From Octopus sinensis (Eukaryota), in contig NC_043010.1 in assembly GCF_006345805.1 (NCBI RefSeq), positions 37,572,001 through 37,636,000 on the forward strand: a stretch of DNA of 64,000 nt. Direction: 5' to 3'. Made by a program: the position numbers and the translations under genes. Below the pieces are notes generated by a model. It saw only the letters and a list, made by a program, of their open reading frames with translations. It made no database searches and was not told the DNA's origin. Shown here piece by piece: positions 36,948 to 50,683 of the stretch (its first letter is position 1; each line of letters begins with the position of its first letter).

Positions 36948-38167
36948 AGGGGTTGGACAAAATAATGGAAACAACTAGCATCATAATTTTGAAATATCTA
37001 TTAAACCTTCAAAAGCTTGTTTATTTTTATGTTTATTTATTATTAATGTTGCTTAATATGCTTTGCTAAAATTGTAGTTTCTTTTCAGATATCATCAGAA
37101 AAAGGGATTTAAAATTCATTAAAATCACAGATCTGTCGGACTTTCAAAGAGGTCAAATCGTTGGTGCTCGTATGGCAGGCGCCAGCGTAACGAAAACAGC
37201 CAATATGTTTGGTATATGAAGAAGTACTGTCTCGAAAGTAATGACAGCCTTTGGGAAAGAGGGAAAAACCTCTTCGTCGAAACAAAACTCCGGAAGAAGA
37301 CCAAAACTTTCAGATAGCACCGTCGGACTCTTACGCGAATTATTAGAAAGGATCACAAAAGTACAGCTCCCAAAATTACTGCAGAGCTTAATGACCACCT
37401 CGAGAACCCAATTTCCACAAAAACTGTTCGTCGGGAGCTGCACAAAGCTGGATTTCACGGGAGGGCTGTAATCAGAAAACCACCACTTTCAAAAACAAAC
37501 GTTGCAAAGCGTTTAGAGTAGAGTAAAAACCTACAGAATTGGTCCCTAGAGCAGTGGAATAATGTTATTTTCCCAGATGAGTCGTCCTTTACCTTATTTC
37601 CGACCACCGGCCGAGTATACGTGTGGAAATAGCCAAAAGAAGCATTTGAACCTGACTGCCTTCTTCCAACTGTTAAACATGGAGGAGGAGCTGTGATGAT
37701 CTGAGGGCTATATCTTGGAAATCCGCTGACCCAATGGTTTCCCTTCATGGCAGAATTAATAGTCAAGATTATATAAGAATTTTATCTGATCAAATTCATC
37801 CTATGGTTGCGAAACTGTTTCCAGAGGGAAACGTAATCTTTCAGGATGATGACGCACCAATTCATACAGCTAAAGTTGTTACTGAATGGCCCGAGGAACA
37901 GACCCCACATCTCAATATTATTGAACATTTATGGTGCATTTTGAAAAAAACAAGTAAGGAGTCGATATCTTCCACCATCATCACTACAAGAACTGGAGAC
38001 TGTTTTAGCTGAAGAACGGACAAAATTTCTTTGGAAACAATTCAAACATTGTACAAGTCCATATCTCGTAGAATTCAAGCTGTAATTATTGCCAAAGCGG
38101 TCCTACCCATATTAAAACAAATTTGTTTGAAATTTTGAAGTTTTTCCATTATTTTGTCCAACCCCTG
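36948..38167 (+). mobile_element. Tc1-family transposon with both TIRs and a disrupted transposase
   Basis: TIR AGGGGTTGGACAAAATAATGGAAA / TTTCCATTATTTTGTCCAACCCCTG. Remnants LSDFQRGQIVGARMAG, VIFPDESSF, TVKHGGG, FQDDDAPIH, HLNIIEHLW, with stops and frameshifts. Confidence 0.92.
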
Positions 38168-38319
38168 TTTATATATATATATATATAATTTAGGTTATCT
38201 AAGAGATACCACCACGCTCGAAATAGCAGCCAAAACTTGACTCTAAAACCACATTAACTGTTCATACAGACAAAAAGACAAAATAAACTAGCCCCCCCCA
38301 CCAAAAAAAATACTGGATA

Positions 38320-38378
38320 ATTCCAGATCCCGGATTTCTGACTCTGCATAAGAAATGCTCTGCCTTCATCAGTGGAAT
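38320..38378 (-). ncRNA. Type I hammerhead ribozyme, canonical core
   Basis: AUUCCA-CUGAUGA-A-GGC..GCAU uucuu AUGC..GUC-A-GAAA-UCCGGGA-UC-UGGAAU; 6-bp stem I. Confidence 0.7.
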
Positions 38379-38616
38379 ATACTCAGCACATAAGTACAGA
38401 TTTATTTTGCATTTTCGTCTTCTCTCCTGGTGCTGTATGAACATTTAATGTGGTTTTAGAGTAAAGTTTTGGCTGCTATTTCCAGCGTGGTGGTATCTCT
38501 TAGATACCCTAAATTATAATTTTAATAATAATTATTACCTTTGAAGGTTTTTATTCCCATGCTGGCCACCTGATAAGATCGGTACTTAAATAACGATCTT
38601 ATCCTTATTTATATAA

Positions 38617-38657
<41 letters not shown>

Positions 38658-39920
38658 ATATATATATCTTACTTTTACTTGTTTCAGTCGTCGGACTGCG
38701 GCTGTGCTTAGGTTTTGGACTTGATGGATTTTTGTCGAACGAATCAACCCAAGAGCTTATTTTATTTTTAAACCTGGTATCTACACTAGTGGTTTCTTTT
38801 GCCGAACCACTATGTTACAGGTCGTAAACACACCAACACCGTTTGTCATGCATTGGTGGGGGAAAAGCACACACACACACATATGTACACACACACATAC
38901 GACGGGCTTCTTTCAGTTATCGTCTACCAAATCCACTCACAAGGCTTTGGTCGACCCCAGGCTAACATAGAAGACACTTGCCCAAGGTGTCACTATGTGG
39001 TTGGGAAATGAAAAGTATAACTGCGGTACGATAAATAGATATAGAGTAACAATTTTCACAAATATTCTTAAAGTATTTCAAAGTCAAAATTATAATCACA
39101 TATTTTTAATTAATACAATTGAATAGAGCAGTAGAGAGCAAGCGGGCGAGACAGACTAACTGCAGCGAATAAAAATTATTTTCTGGTCGAAGCATGTATC
39201 TGAATTTTCAATAATAAAAGAAGTTTAAAAACTTCATTTTCGATAAAGAATATATACTAAAATTGGAATTTATAAGAATTTACTAGACTTTATAGACTTT
39301 TAAAATTGCTTTCTTTCCGTAAAAAGAAATAGTTCCAACTAATTAATAAGTGGTTTTCTTTACAATAGTATAGGTACCATTACCAATGTATGAAAGAATA
39401 TTCTTTGTTGTAAAAATGGTATAGTTATATAGAATCAATCGTAACCCTTACTAGCGATGTCACCATTCGCGGAATTTTCAAGTCATTTGAACCCACAGGC
39501 TCTGTTGACGACTTACCTTGATCTGGAAGACCAAACTCTAGATTCCACTCCCCATTTGTCTTCCTACTCAAAATCACAGAGCGAAGATATCAAAAGAAAA
39601 TTTTACGAATTAAATCACCAATTCGTCCATTTTAGATCAGATCTCTGTATCGGCGATAAGGTCCGAGCACGCGCGCGCGCACTCACACACACACACACAT
39701 CCATATTCACACACACACACACACATGCACAAGCACACATACACCCTCCACAACCGAACTATGCTAAAGGGACTTTTAGATCACTCTAAATATGGCTAAA
39801 ACATCTACAAAATTCAGATATATTACCAATTGTTGAAATATTGGTTGTCCAAATAATTGTGGGCAATAATAATAATAATAATAACAACAACAACAACAAC
39901 AACAATAATAATAATGCTAT

Positions 39921-40422
39921 GGAAGTATTATCATGTACATTGTTATGTCTTGGTATAAAAGATGAGCTACAGCAAATATTCTGCTCAATACCACAGATTT
40001 GCTTGTCAGTTGTTTGACCTTAACCAGTTGAGCATGTCCCTTAGTGGCTGACGATATGTGTATCTCTGATCAAGAGCAGAAGTAGTGGGGGAGCATCATA
40101 ACCATGTGTTGAAAGGGATTCTTTGGGGTTTGAATAACTCACCTCTGTAAACATGGGTGTTTCGTTCAACATATTTAAACAACCCTTATTCAGGGACCTT
40201 TTGAGCAGGATGGGTTACTTGACCAGAAGAAAATTCTAACTGGGCCCCCACCTCCAAGGTCATGTGCTGTTTATCTAGATATGAGATCACCATGTCGCGC
40301 ACATATGGTTGTGATGCATGTGCCTAGTGTACCCTTATCAGACGGGTAGTCATGATGGGTATACTGGGTTTCATATATTTTACCCCAGTGTCACTTTGAT
40401 GGCATGCACTGCTCTCTCACAC
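39921..40422 (+). mobile_element. (TAA)n-tailed non-coding retroposon segment, family T (copies also at 56822-57269, 57994-58460, 59587-60127)
   Basis: Common 3' end GGCATGCACTGCTCTCTCAC followed by (AAT)n; variable 5' ends. Confidence 0.75.
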
Positions 40423-40460
<38 letters not shown>

Positions 40461-40463
<3 letters not shown>

Positions 40464-40760
40464 AAAGACCTGGAAATAGAGGTAACTAGAATGTGGAATC
40501 TAAAAACAGAAACAATTCCTATCATAGTAGGTGCATTAGGCATGATAAAAAATATTCAGACAAATACATAACAAAAACACCAGGACTTACAAACACATAT
40601 AACATACAGAAAATTGAAGTACTAGGCACTGCACACATCCTACGCAGAACACTTTCAATACAGTAACCATCAGAGCATCACAACAAATCACAGCACATAC
40701 CCAAGGCACACAGAGCTGCGCTCGGTAGTGAAGTGAAAGCACGCTATAAAAATAAAACTA

Positions 40761-40764
<4 letters not shown>
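40461..40764 (+). mobile_element. R4/Dong-type LINE 3' fragment in (TAA)n
   Basis: YKDLEIEVTRMWNLKTETIPIIVGALGMI...LGTAHILRRTLSI; the 3' UTR recurs at 56645-56754. Confidence 0.75.
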
Positions 40765-40829
<65 letters not shown>

Positions 40830-41009
40830 GTTTCAGATTTTGGCATAAGGCCATCAGGTTTGGGGGAGGGGGCAAGTCGATTACATGGATGCCAGTGTTC
40901 AACTGGTACGTATTTTAGCGACCCCGGAAGGATGAAAGGCAAAGTCGACCTAGGCGGAATTTGAACTCAGAACGTAGCGACAAGCTAAGCATTTCGTCCA
41001 GAGTACTTA

Positions 41010-41103
<94 letters not shown>

Positions 41104-41188
41104 GTCGATTTTGACGTGTACGAGTGTTTGTATGAAGGAGAGGGTTTAAGGAAAAGAAAAAAATGTGGGGGAAAAGAGAAAACAACTT

Positions 41189-41226
<38 letters not shown>

Positions 41227-42032
41227 TTCTTTTATTTGCCAACAGGATGAAGAACGAGGAGGACAATACAAAGGCAAGACATAAAGTGTGTGTGTGTGTG
41301 TGTGGGGGGGTTACATATAGCACGAAGTAAAAGAAGAAGAAGAAGAACAACAACAACAACAAGAACAATAACAGCAACAACAACAACAACAAAAAGGAAG
41401 AAATCAAACCCGACTATATGTAAAAACAACAACTGCAGCAGCAACAACCAAAAGGGACAGATTGGAGAAGGTAATCCAAGATAAGACCACATCTGAATGA
41501 AGGGCAAAGATATATAAAACGGCAAGTATTGTCACGGTTGTGTCCCTATTTTGAACATAAGTCTGCTTGATTAGGGGTGACCCGGAGCTTAGCAACAGCC
41601 ACAATAATAAACAGCATCACTAACATCAACATCAGCATCAACATCAACACCAAAGCTACCAATTTCTGAGACAACGACGACGATGAGGATCAAAACCACC
41701 ACCACCACGGAGACGGCGGTAACCATCACCGCTGCCGCCATAACCATCAACCACCACCGCTACCACCACCACCACCACCGTCACTACCACCATCCACCAT
41801 CATCGCCACCATCTGCCGCCGACATCACTACCAGCGCCAGTACTATCCCCAACACCACTACCACCACTACTACTACCGCCGCAGCCGCCACCACCACCAC
41901 CACCACCACCACAACATCCACCACCACCACCACCACCACCACCCACCACCACCACCACCACCACCACCACCATCGCCATTACCACCATTAACGCCACCGC
42001 CGCCGCCGCTACCACCACCTCCACCCCCATAG

Positions 42033-42063
<31 letters not shown>

Positions 42064-42682
42064 CACCACCACCACCACCATCACCGTCCACGTTTTCAAC
42101 CCCGGCATACAAGAGTTTCCTTGGGCGTTTCTTGGAATGTAATTCTTCAGAATTTCTTAATTTTTCTTTCTTTTTTTCCTTTTGTGGGGAAACGCAGATA
42201 ATGTTCTTTATTTTTATCATAATAGAAGGACGAAGGGGTAGGAATAAGGTGGACGGGTAGGTTAGTAATGGTAAAAGCTGCGACGGTGGGGTGGTGTGGT
42301 GATGGTGACGTTTTAGGTAGTCTCTTGGCTGCATTTTTTTTGTTTTTTTTTTTCACTTTGTCCCTGCCAGGAATTAGATATCAACTTCACTTTACGCCCA
42401 CAGACATAAGAAATTTCTGGTGTCTTTGGTCAATGCTGTATAACCCAAAATGACACGCATGCACGCACACACGCGCACACACACAAACGCACACACGTAC
42501 GCACAAACGCATACACACATACACACATTCTCACGCACATATGATATATGCGTGTTCGTGCAGACGTGAGTATGCGTGCCAACATACGTACACATGTATC
42601 CATATTATAATTGTATGTGTGTGCAAATATATACACACACACACAAATGTATATACACATGTATATATATAATGTATGTGTG

Positions 42683-42736
<54 letters not shown>

Positions 42737-42774
42737 GTTTCAGATTTTAGCACAAGGTCATATATATATATATT

Positions 42775-42989
42775 CTTTTATTTGTTTCAGTCATTTGACT
42801 GTGGCCATGCCGGAGCACCACAATTTAGTCGAGTAAATCGACCCCAGGACTTATTCTTTGTAAGCCTAGTTACTTATTCTATCGGTCTCTTTTTGCTGAA
42901 CCGCTAAGTTACGGGGACGTAAACATACCAGCATCGGTTCTCAAGTGATAGTGGTGGTGGTGGTGGAGGACGAATATAGACACACAAAT

Positions 42990-43022
<33 letters not shown>

Positions 43023-43185
43023 CGACGGGTTTCTTTCAGTTTCCGTCTACCAAATCCACTCACAGAATGTGGTCGGCCCGAAGCTATAGCAGAAGACACT
43101 TGGCCAAGTTGCCACGAAGTGGAACTGAACCCGGAACCATGTGGTTGGTAAGCAAGCTACTTACCACATAGCCACGCCTACGCCT
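42775..43185 (-). mobile_element. SINE family A
   Basis: Family similarity. Confidence 0.8.
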
Positions 43186-43336
43186 AAATGGAGTCAAACG
43201 CAGGTGTCTTCGTGTCTATGTGAATTTTTGCAACCCTGGTAACTATATATTTATTTTTTCTTTATTTGTACACATTGAAAAAATATACATACATTTATAT
43301 ATATATATATATATATATATTACACATACATATATA

Positions 43337-44562
43337 CATGATGTCCCAAATATAAGACAACCAACTTTTTTCAATTTTGCCAAGGCAAACTGTTGTTATA
43401 TTTTGGGTCAGAGCGTTGCAATGCAACAGTAAAGGAAACACAATTATGACACCACCACATGTATTCGATATGGCCATCTTTGTTTCGAAGCACCGCCTTA
43501 AGTCTAGGTGAAAATGCTTCACACGCGGCACGCCGCTGTTCTTGGTCAATCGAAGCTCATTCCTGGCGTGGTCTTGCCTTCAGTGCGTCGAACGAAACAT
43601 GAAGAGTGCTCGAGACCCTCATCTCCTAAATGGACCAAACAGAAAAATCAAACTGGTTCAGATTAGGGCTTCTTGAGGGCCATACATCCTTGCCTACGGA
43701 CGGCAGAATATTTTTTTCTGAATCTAGTGTTGTGTCTGTTTGTAGCTGTGGGATGGCGCCGTGTCCTGCTCGAAGCTCCAAGGTGGGCCTTGAAAGTGCT
43801 CATTCACCCATGAAAGCAGTTCAGCTTCCAGAATGTCCCTAATGTATCGCTGGGTGCTAATTTTAACAACCGAGGGCACAAAAACGAGGGAAACTTCCAG
43901 TGGCTGCTACAGCCGCCCAAACCATAACTGACTGTGAATTTTTACATCGATTTACGAGTCTACCCTCGACGAAGCCAGATACACTTGAAAGTCGGTCATT
44001 CTGGTGGTTCACTATCTGCTTGATTTCAAATTTCTTTTTTTTTTATCAGTGAACACCTGGTTGGGCAGCGTGCCTTCAGTAATCTGACACTGGATAAGAC
44101 GACTTTTCTCCAGTCTCATGACCTTATAAACTTGCGTGAAATTATGACGATGGATCATCTTGTAACGATGGGTCCTGAGCTCCTCCTTCAGTACTTGATA
44201 TATCAATGTTCAGCTTACTTTTGCTATGGCAGCCAGTTTTCTGACGGAACGACAAGAATTCCGCCGTATCTTTTCTCTGGTACTTTTAATAAGCTGAGGT
44301 GTCCGCATAATTCTTTTTTGGTCTCCTAAAAATTCTTGACAATTTTCCAGACTGCTGTTTGGTTAATTTTAAACTTTTTTGCTATAGCTGTATTACTTTC
44401 GCCTCCTTTGTTGAGGGTTATGATCGTATTTTGGTCTATTTAGTTTGAAACAAAAAAGTAGACACACTAAGCTTTTATAATGATGTATAAATTTCATATC
44501 TTATCACATTTATTGATAGTTAAGAGCTGAAACTTCGGTTGCTGTAATTTCGGGACATCCTG
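43337..44562 (-). mobile_element. Decayed DD37D (maT-like) mariner transposon
   Basis: Imperfect TIR CA(G/T)GATGTCCC.AA with TA flanks. Minus-strand remnants VFTDKK, QSVMVWAAV, QDTAPSH, WPSRSPNLNQFDFSVW. Confidence 0.8.
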
Positions 44563-44766
44563 TACACACACACACACACAAACACACACATGACGAGCTT
44601 TCAGTTCCTGTTTACCAAATCCACTCACAAGACTTTGGTCGGCCTAAGGCAATAGTAGAAGACACTTGCACACGGTGGCCACCTAAGGGACTGAATTCAG
44701 AACCATGTGGTTGGGAAGCAAAGTTCTTACCACACAGTAACGCCTGCACCTCTCTCTCTCTTCTCG

Positions 44767-44881
<115 letters not shown>

Positions 44882-45201
44882 GATATATATAGGGGGCATT
44901 ATGGAATAAATCAAAAAAAATATAAAGAATAAACAAACAAAAAAAAATATATAGATATAACTGATAGGTATGAAATACAAAATATGTATATATGTATATA
45001 TAAAGAAAGCAAAGTGGAGACTCCAGACGATGAATATTTAAGTATAAATATTTAGATATTTATATTAATAGATCCCAATACACAGAGTAGAAACGACAGA
45101 GAAATTTAAAGGAGAGGAAGAAAGGTGTTATAAACACCTTTCTTCCTCTCGGTTACTGGAACACGAATAAAACAACCCCGGTGGCCAATTAGTGAAAGAT
45201 G

Positions 45202-45284
<83 letters not shown>

Positions 45285-45488
45285 GTTGCGTGTGTGCATT
45301 TACAAATATGGCGGCATTTCGTCCACCTTTACGTTCTGAGTTTCCTTTTCACGCTTTCTGGGTCGAGAAAATAAGTACCAGTTGAGCACTAGGGTCGATA
45401 TAATCGATTTACATTCTCCTTCGAACTTTCAGGCCTGTGCGATATATATATTGTTGAGTGTGAGTCCGTGTGTGAGAGAGAAGAATAT

Positions 45489-45563
<75 letters not shown>

Positions 45564-46169
45564 TATATATATATATTTAGTCATCTGACATGTGACACGC
45601 AGTGGACCTGTACACATAATGTCGTTTGATGGAGGGGTGAGCTTATGTGTACACAAACATTTAATCACTATAAACAAATCATCTGTGTGATTGTTCGGCA
45701 AGAAATTGCCAGATCCTCATGCGTCGTCTAAAGACGAGAGAGTCCATGATTATATATATATAAATTAAATTAGAGATAAAACTACTATTAGGCAAATCAA
45801 ACAGTGAAAAACATAAATCAAAACAGAAATAAAATTAATTCATATAAAATATTAATAAGTTTCAAAATATATTCTTTTCTAGAGGGTATTGGAATATCCT
45901 TCAAAGATGAATTCCAAAATAGCGGTTCTATCTTACCTGTAAATTCCATAACTTACGAAATTGAGGTATTACACTCACTAAACGTGATTTATCAATATAT
46001 TATATAATAATAATAATAATAATTATAATAATAATAATAATAATAATATAATATTAGGGAATAAATCCAAACTTACAGGGAAAATTTAGATTAGGATTAA
46101 TCTAATTTTACAGTATAAATATAATTAAATTAGAGATAAAAACCACTATTAGGCAAATTATATATATAT

Positions 46170-46392
46170 ATTTCTTTACTACCCACAAGGGGCTAAACAC
46201 AGAGGGGACAAACAAGGACAGACAAACGGATTAAGTCGATTACATCGACCCCAGTGCGTAACTGGTACTTAATTTATCGACCCCGAAAGGATGAAAGGCA
46301 AAGTCGACCTCGGCGGAATTTGAACTCAGAGCGTAGCATCAGACGAAATACCGCAAAGCATTTCGCTCGCCATGCTAACGTTTCTGCCAGCT
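46170..46392 (-). mobile_element. SINE family B
   Basis: Family similarity. Confidence 0.8.
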
Positions 46393-46408
46393 CTCGTATA
46401 TACACACA

Positions 46409-46983
46409 CAGTGGGCAGTGAATAGATTGTCGTCTTAATTACGCAAAAATGAAAATAGCACTGACATCTCATTTTAACAGATATATATTTACCAAAAATA
46501 CTTAGAAATATCTTGAAATACTAAAGAATAAATTTATTCGATAAAATCTCCATTGGCTTCAACTATGGCCTCCAGACCACTTCGGAATCTTCTGCAACTT
46601 TTCTGGACGGTCTCCTTGTTTAAGTTGATGAATGCTGCCATAATCTTTGCCCTCAGTTCATGTTTGGTATTACAAGAAGTTTTGTTGGTCTCTCGCTCAG
46701 CTGCGCCCCACACTTGATAATCAAGGGGTTGCAGTCTGGGGAGATAGGTGGCCAGATGTTAGGGGTGATGTGGTCGCAGAAATTGTCTGACAGTCATGAC
46801 TGGGTTCTCCTGCTTGTGAAGCATGGTGCAGAGTCCTGTGCCATAGGGTCTTCCAGCAGCCACCATCTTGACCCAGGGCAGCACTACCTCCTTCAGGCAC
46901 TTGATGTAGGCCTCCGTGTTGAGTGTGAGTCCGTGTGGGAAGATGAATGTAGGCATAGCGTTGCCATCACTGATGATCACTCC
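46409..46983 (-). pseudogene. DD37D mariner transposase 3' fragment
   Basis: MPTFIFPHGLTLNTEAYIKCLKEVVLPWV...NIWPPISPDCNPLDYQVWGAAERETN. Confidence 0.8.
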
Positions 46984-47234
46984 ATATATACGTACATACA
47001 TTCGAAGACTGCAAATCCAAGCTATCGCTGCAACTGTAAAAATTTGATAAACTTTCCAGAAGTTTATCATTTAAGTATATATGCGAATGTCTAGACATGC
47101 AACTATATGCATGAGAATATATACATAAAGCAAAACATGCAAATCTGCACGTGCACTGCCACCAAATACTGCACATATTCATAATACATACATACATACA
47201 TACATACATACATACATACATACATACATACAAA

Positions 47235-47620
47235 GTCCATCCCCTCCTCTCACCGTGGTGGGGACGCTGGCAACGGGTAGTGTCAGAGCTATGCCATCGG
47301 GGACTTCGGTACCTGGTAGGGCCACCCAAGGCGGATTGGTCTGACACCGAGTGGTATTAGGGCCACAACCCGGCAACTAGTGAAAATCCTCGGAGTGTCT
47401 GTTTCGGCAACCGGCGGCTCCTTGGTCGTTCTGTCCCTGCGTCTGCCGACAATCTGCGGCAAACAGGATGTCTCTACGTGCGGGATTGTTGGGGACCGCT
47501 TGCGAAATTCATATTCCCACGAAACTTCTTCTACTGCCATGGTTCGAGATGCCTCGAGGGTGGTGGAAGAAGCCGACTCAACCCGCCCAGGGTGAATGTC
47601 GCCACAAGTACAAGTAAGTA
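47235..47620 (+). mobile_element. Short bipartite RTE-derived non-autonomous element in (TACA)n
   Basis: 5' GAGCTATGCC...GTAGGGCCACCCAAGGCGGA..GGTC resembles RTE/BovB-type 5' ends; 3' AAGTACAAGTAAGTA tail. Confidence 0.55.
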
Positions 47621-47764
47621 CATACATACATACATGCAAAATACCCTGTTGATGTTGAAATTCCAATGAAAGACCTTTGAATCTAGGTTAGAAACCGGTT
47701 GGCAAGAAATCATGAGATAAAATTGTATAACGACATACATACACACATATGTATAAATATGTAT

Positions 47765-47797
<33 letters not shown>

Positions 47798-48489
47798 AAG
47801 TATGTATGTATGTATGTATGTATGTATGTATGTATGTATGTATGTATGTATGTATGTATGCATGTATGTATACACATACACACATACACACGCTGACGCA
47901 TACGTGTGATTTTAATCTCTGCGAAGGAAATGTGTGTTATGGCGATGTCGTAAAGCTGTCTCCGGTTCAGTGTTCTCTGCTCTCACCCACCAGCCGCGCT
48001 CTCCGTTCCCGTCCTGACCCTCTCTACTCGTAGCTCCTCTTTTCTCGCCAATCCCTATCTCCGGGTAGCTATTACAGGGAACTAAAATCCCCCCACCCCA
48101 GCTGTAGGAGATGTTTTCTTTAAGTAACTTCATCACCGTGTCAAAGACTTAGATCACCAAAAAGGCAGACAACAACAAACATAGCAACAACAACAACAGC
48201 AGCAACAACAGCAACCACCACCACCACCACCACCACCACCACCACCATCACCACCACCACCGTTACCACCACCACCACCACAACAACAACAACTATATCA
48301 ACAACCAAATTGACACCACCACCGATACCACCACCAGCATTGCCACCACCTCCTTGAAGAAGAACAGCAACTAAAATACAGCTACCGTCATAACAACCCC
48401 CAGCAGCAACCCCACTACCGCCATTCACAATCGCGGTCAAAATGACTGAAACATAGAAAGTGAATTTCGTTTTTGGATTTGGTTGAAGC

Positions 48490-48744
48490 ATATTCTGTTG
48501 TGTCTAGGGAGAGTCATTCTCTTTTTTGGTGCCTTATAATCTAACACACTCACCGGTAAAATTTCCACTTATTTCTGTCTTATTTTTCTAAAATTTTCGT
48601 TGCTTCAAAACTATTGAAAAGGTTGCAAGACGCAACGAAAATTTCAGGAAAATAAAATAAGAAATAAGTTGACATTTTACCCGTGAATGTGTTAAATTAT
48701 AAGGCAACAAAAGAGAATGTCTTTCTCTAGACACAACAGAATAT
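48490..48744. repeat. Foldback with ~110-bp imperfect arms
   Basis: ATATTCTGTTGTGTCTAG...CTAGACACAACAGAATAT; a single arm also occurs at ~60240-60385. Confidence 0.8.
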
Positions 48745-48905
48745 AAAATGCAACAGAATATAAAATGTGTGTGTATTATATATATTATATATAATATATA
48801 TATATATGAAGGGATATAATAAATATCCTGGAAACAGCTGTAAGACCTTCTATCTATAAATGTTCTAAAATCTACACACCCTTGGTTTTTTTTTTATCTC
48901 TTTAC

Positions 48906-48940
<35 letters not shown>

Positions 48941-49053
48941 GGGTATCTAAGAGATATCACCATGCTTGAAATAGCAGTCAAAACCTGACTCTAAAACCGC
49001 ATCAAGTATTCAATACAGCACAAGGTGAAAATACAGCTCGACAAAGAAAACCA

Positions 49054-49105
<52 letters not shown>

Positions 49106-49705
49106 ATTGAACTGAAAACTACTTTTGGATAGAAAAGTCAATGTCTAAGGCTATCTAAAAGGATTTCTTTTATATATATACGCTATTATTTATAGCTCTA
49201 TGTTAAGACGGTACCGTACTGTTCAAAATACTTAGCGGCATTTCTTCCTGCTTTACTTTCTGAGTTCAAGTGCCATCGGGGCGTAGACTTTTACCTTTCA
49301 TCCTTTCGGGGTCCATAAATAGATGCCAGTTGAGGGCGGGGGTCGATGTGACCGATTTCATCTTCCCTCAGTTTGTTAGCCTTGTGCCAAAGCTACAAAT
49401 AATTATTTATAGCTTGATGTGTTTCGAGATTCACTGTTCCAAAAATGAATGATTTTACAACCTTTCGAAAGTTTATGAATTCTTATGACGTCAACGATAT
49501 ATTGTTTATATGCGAGAGGGGCTGAAAAGTACCTGCCTTTATGGGTATCGCAAAAGCCTAGCTGGAGGTCCAATCTTCCGAGTTGTTTTTACAGGGCTTA
49601 GACCGTGTGGTGATTCTGAGAGGGGAATATGTTGGATAAAATCGTAATGAACTGATCTACTTGTATTTTCTTTTACTTAAAGCCAGGAACTGTTCAGCAC
49701 CCTCT

Positions 49706-49770
<65 letters not shown>

Positions 49771-49777
<7 letters not shown>

Positions 49778-50064
49778 TTAGTGAATTGAAGAAATGGAGT
49801 TGAACAAAGATTGAACAGAATTCCTGAACAGGTTCAGCCATGGGCTCTTAAAGAGCCGCCTCGTTCAAATTGCTTTGCTGCGCCTCTGTTCTGTTTTGTT
49901 CTGCCAACGGAATTCCTATTTTTTTCCTGAAGAGATAGCCAAAATATGGTATCCTTATTTAATCAGAATTGGAAAATTGTGGCTTTTGAAACATGTGTAG
50001 AATGCAATAAAGGAATTCTGTTCATCTTTGTTCAACTCCATTTCTTCAATTCACTAATAATATT
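49771..50064. repeat. Inverted repeat with ~55-bp arms next to (TA)n
   Basis: AATATTATTAGTGAATTGAAGAAATGGAGTTGAACAAAGA...TCTTTGTTCAACTCCATTTCTTCAATTCACTAATAATATT. Confidence 0.8.
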
Positions 50065-50211
50065 AAAATTCAATTATCCGCACCAACGCACGGTTGCAAC
50101 ACCAAAAGTTTTATCTGCAACCGTGCTTCTCTTCTGCTGTGATTTTTGCTACCAAGGTATCGGTTAAACTTTTGATTAATCTGCAACAGATTATTCATCT
50201 TTCTATTTTAC

Positions 50212-50282
<71 letters not shown>

Positions 50283-50472
50283 CATACATACATACATACA
50301 TACATACATACACACATATATACAAACACATATGTAATATATATGTATGTGCATAAATATATATATATATATATTAATATATATATATATAATATATTAT
50401 ATATGTGACCTCGTGTGTACCGTTGGCGATTTTTTTCCCCTCTGTCTCTCTTCTCTGGATCTTTCCTTCTAT

Positions 50473-50507
50473 GTTTCCGACGAAGAGCTCCGCTCGAAAC
50501 GTTAAAC
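50473..50507 (+). ncRNA. Minimal hammerhead-like motif (U4C core)
   Basis: GUUU-CCGACGA-A-GAGC ucc GCUC-GAAA-CG-UU-AAAC. Confidence 0.55.
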
Positions 50508-50645
50508 CCTCCTTCTTCCTTTCTTTCCTGAGCGTCCAATAATACTATATTTGTTCCACGTCCTCGCGTTGTTGTGTTTTTTTTGTGTTTTCTTGTTTGG
50601 ATTAACTTTATATATATATATATATCCTTGTTTCTTTTCTGTGTA

Positions 50646-50683
50646 TCTTTCTGTCGAAGAGCGCAGGCTCGAAACGTAAAAGA
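50646..50683 (+). ncRNA. Minimal hammerhead-like motif (A6U family)
   Basis: UCUUU-CUGUCGA-A-GAGC gcag GCUC-GAAA-CG-UA-AAAGA. Confidence 0.6.

Noticed and set aside
48807-48846. Stem-loop followed by GAAA-CAGCUG-UA
   Set aside because: The 5' core and stem I are replaced by (TA)n, so it is incomplete.
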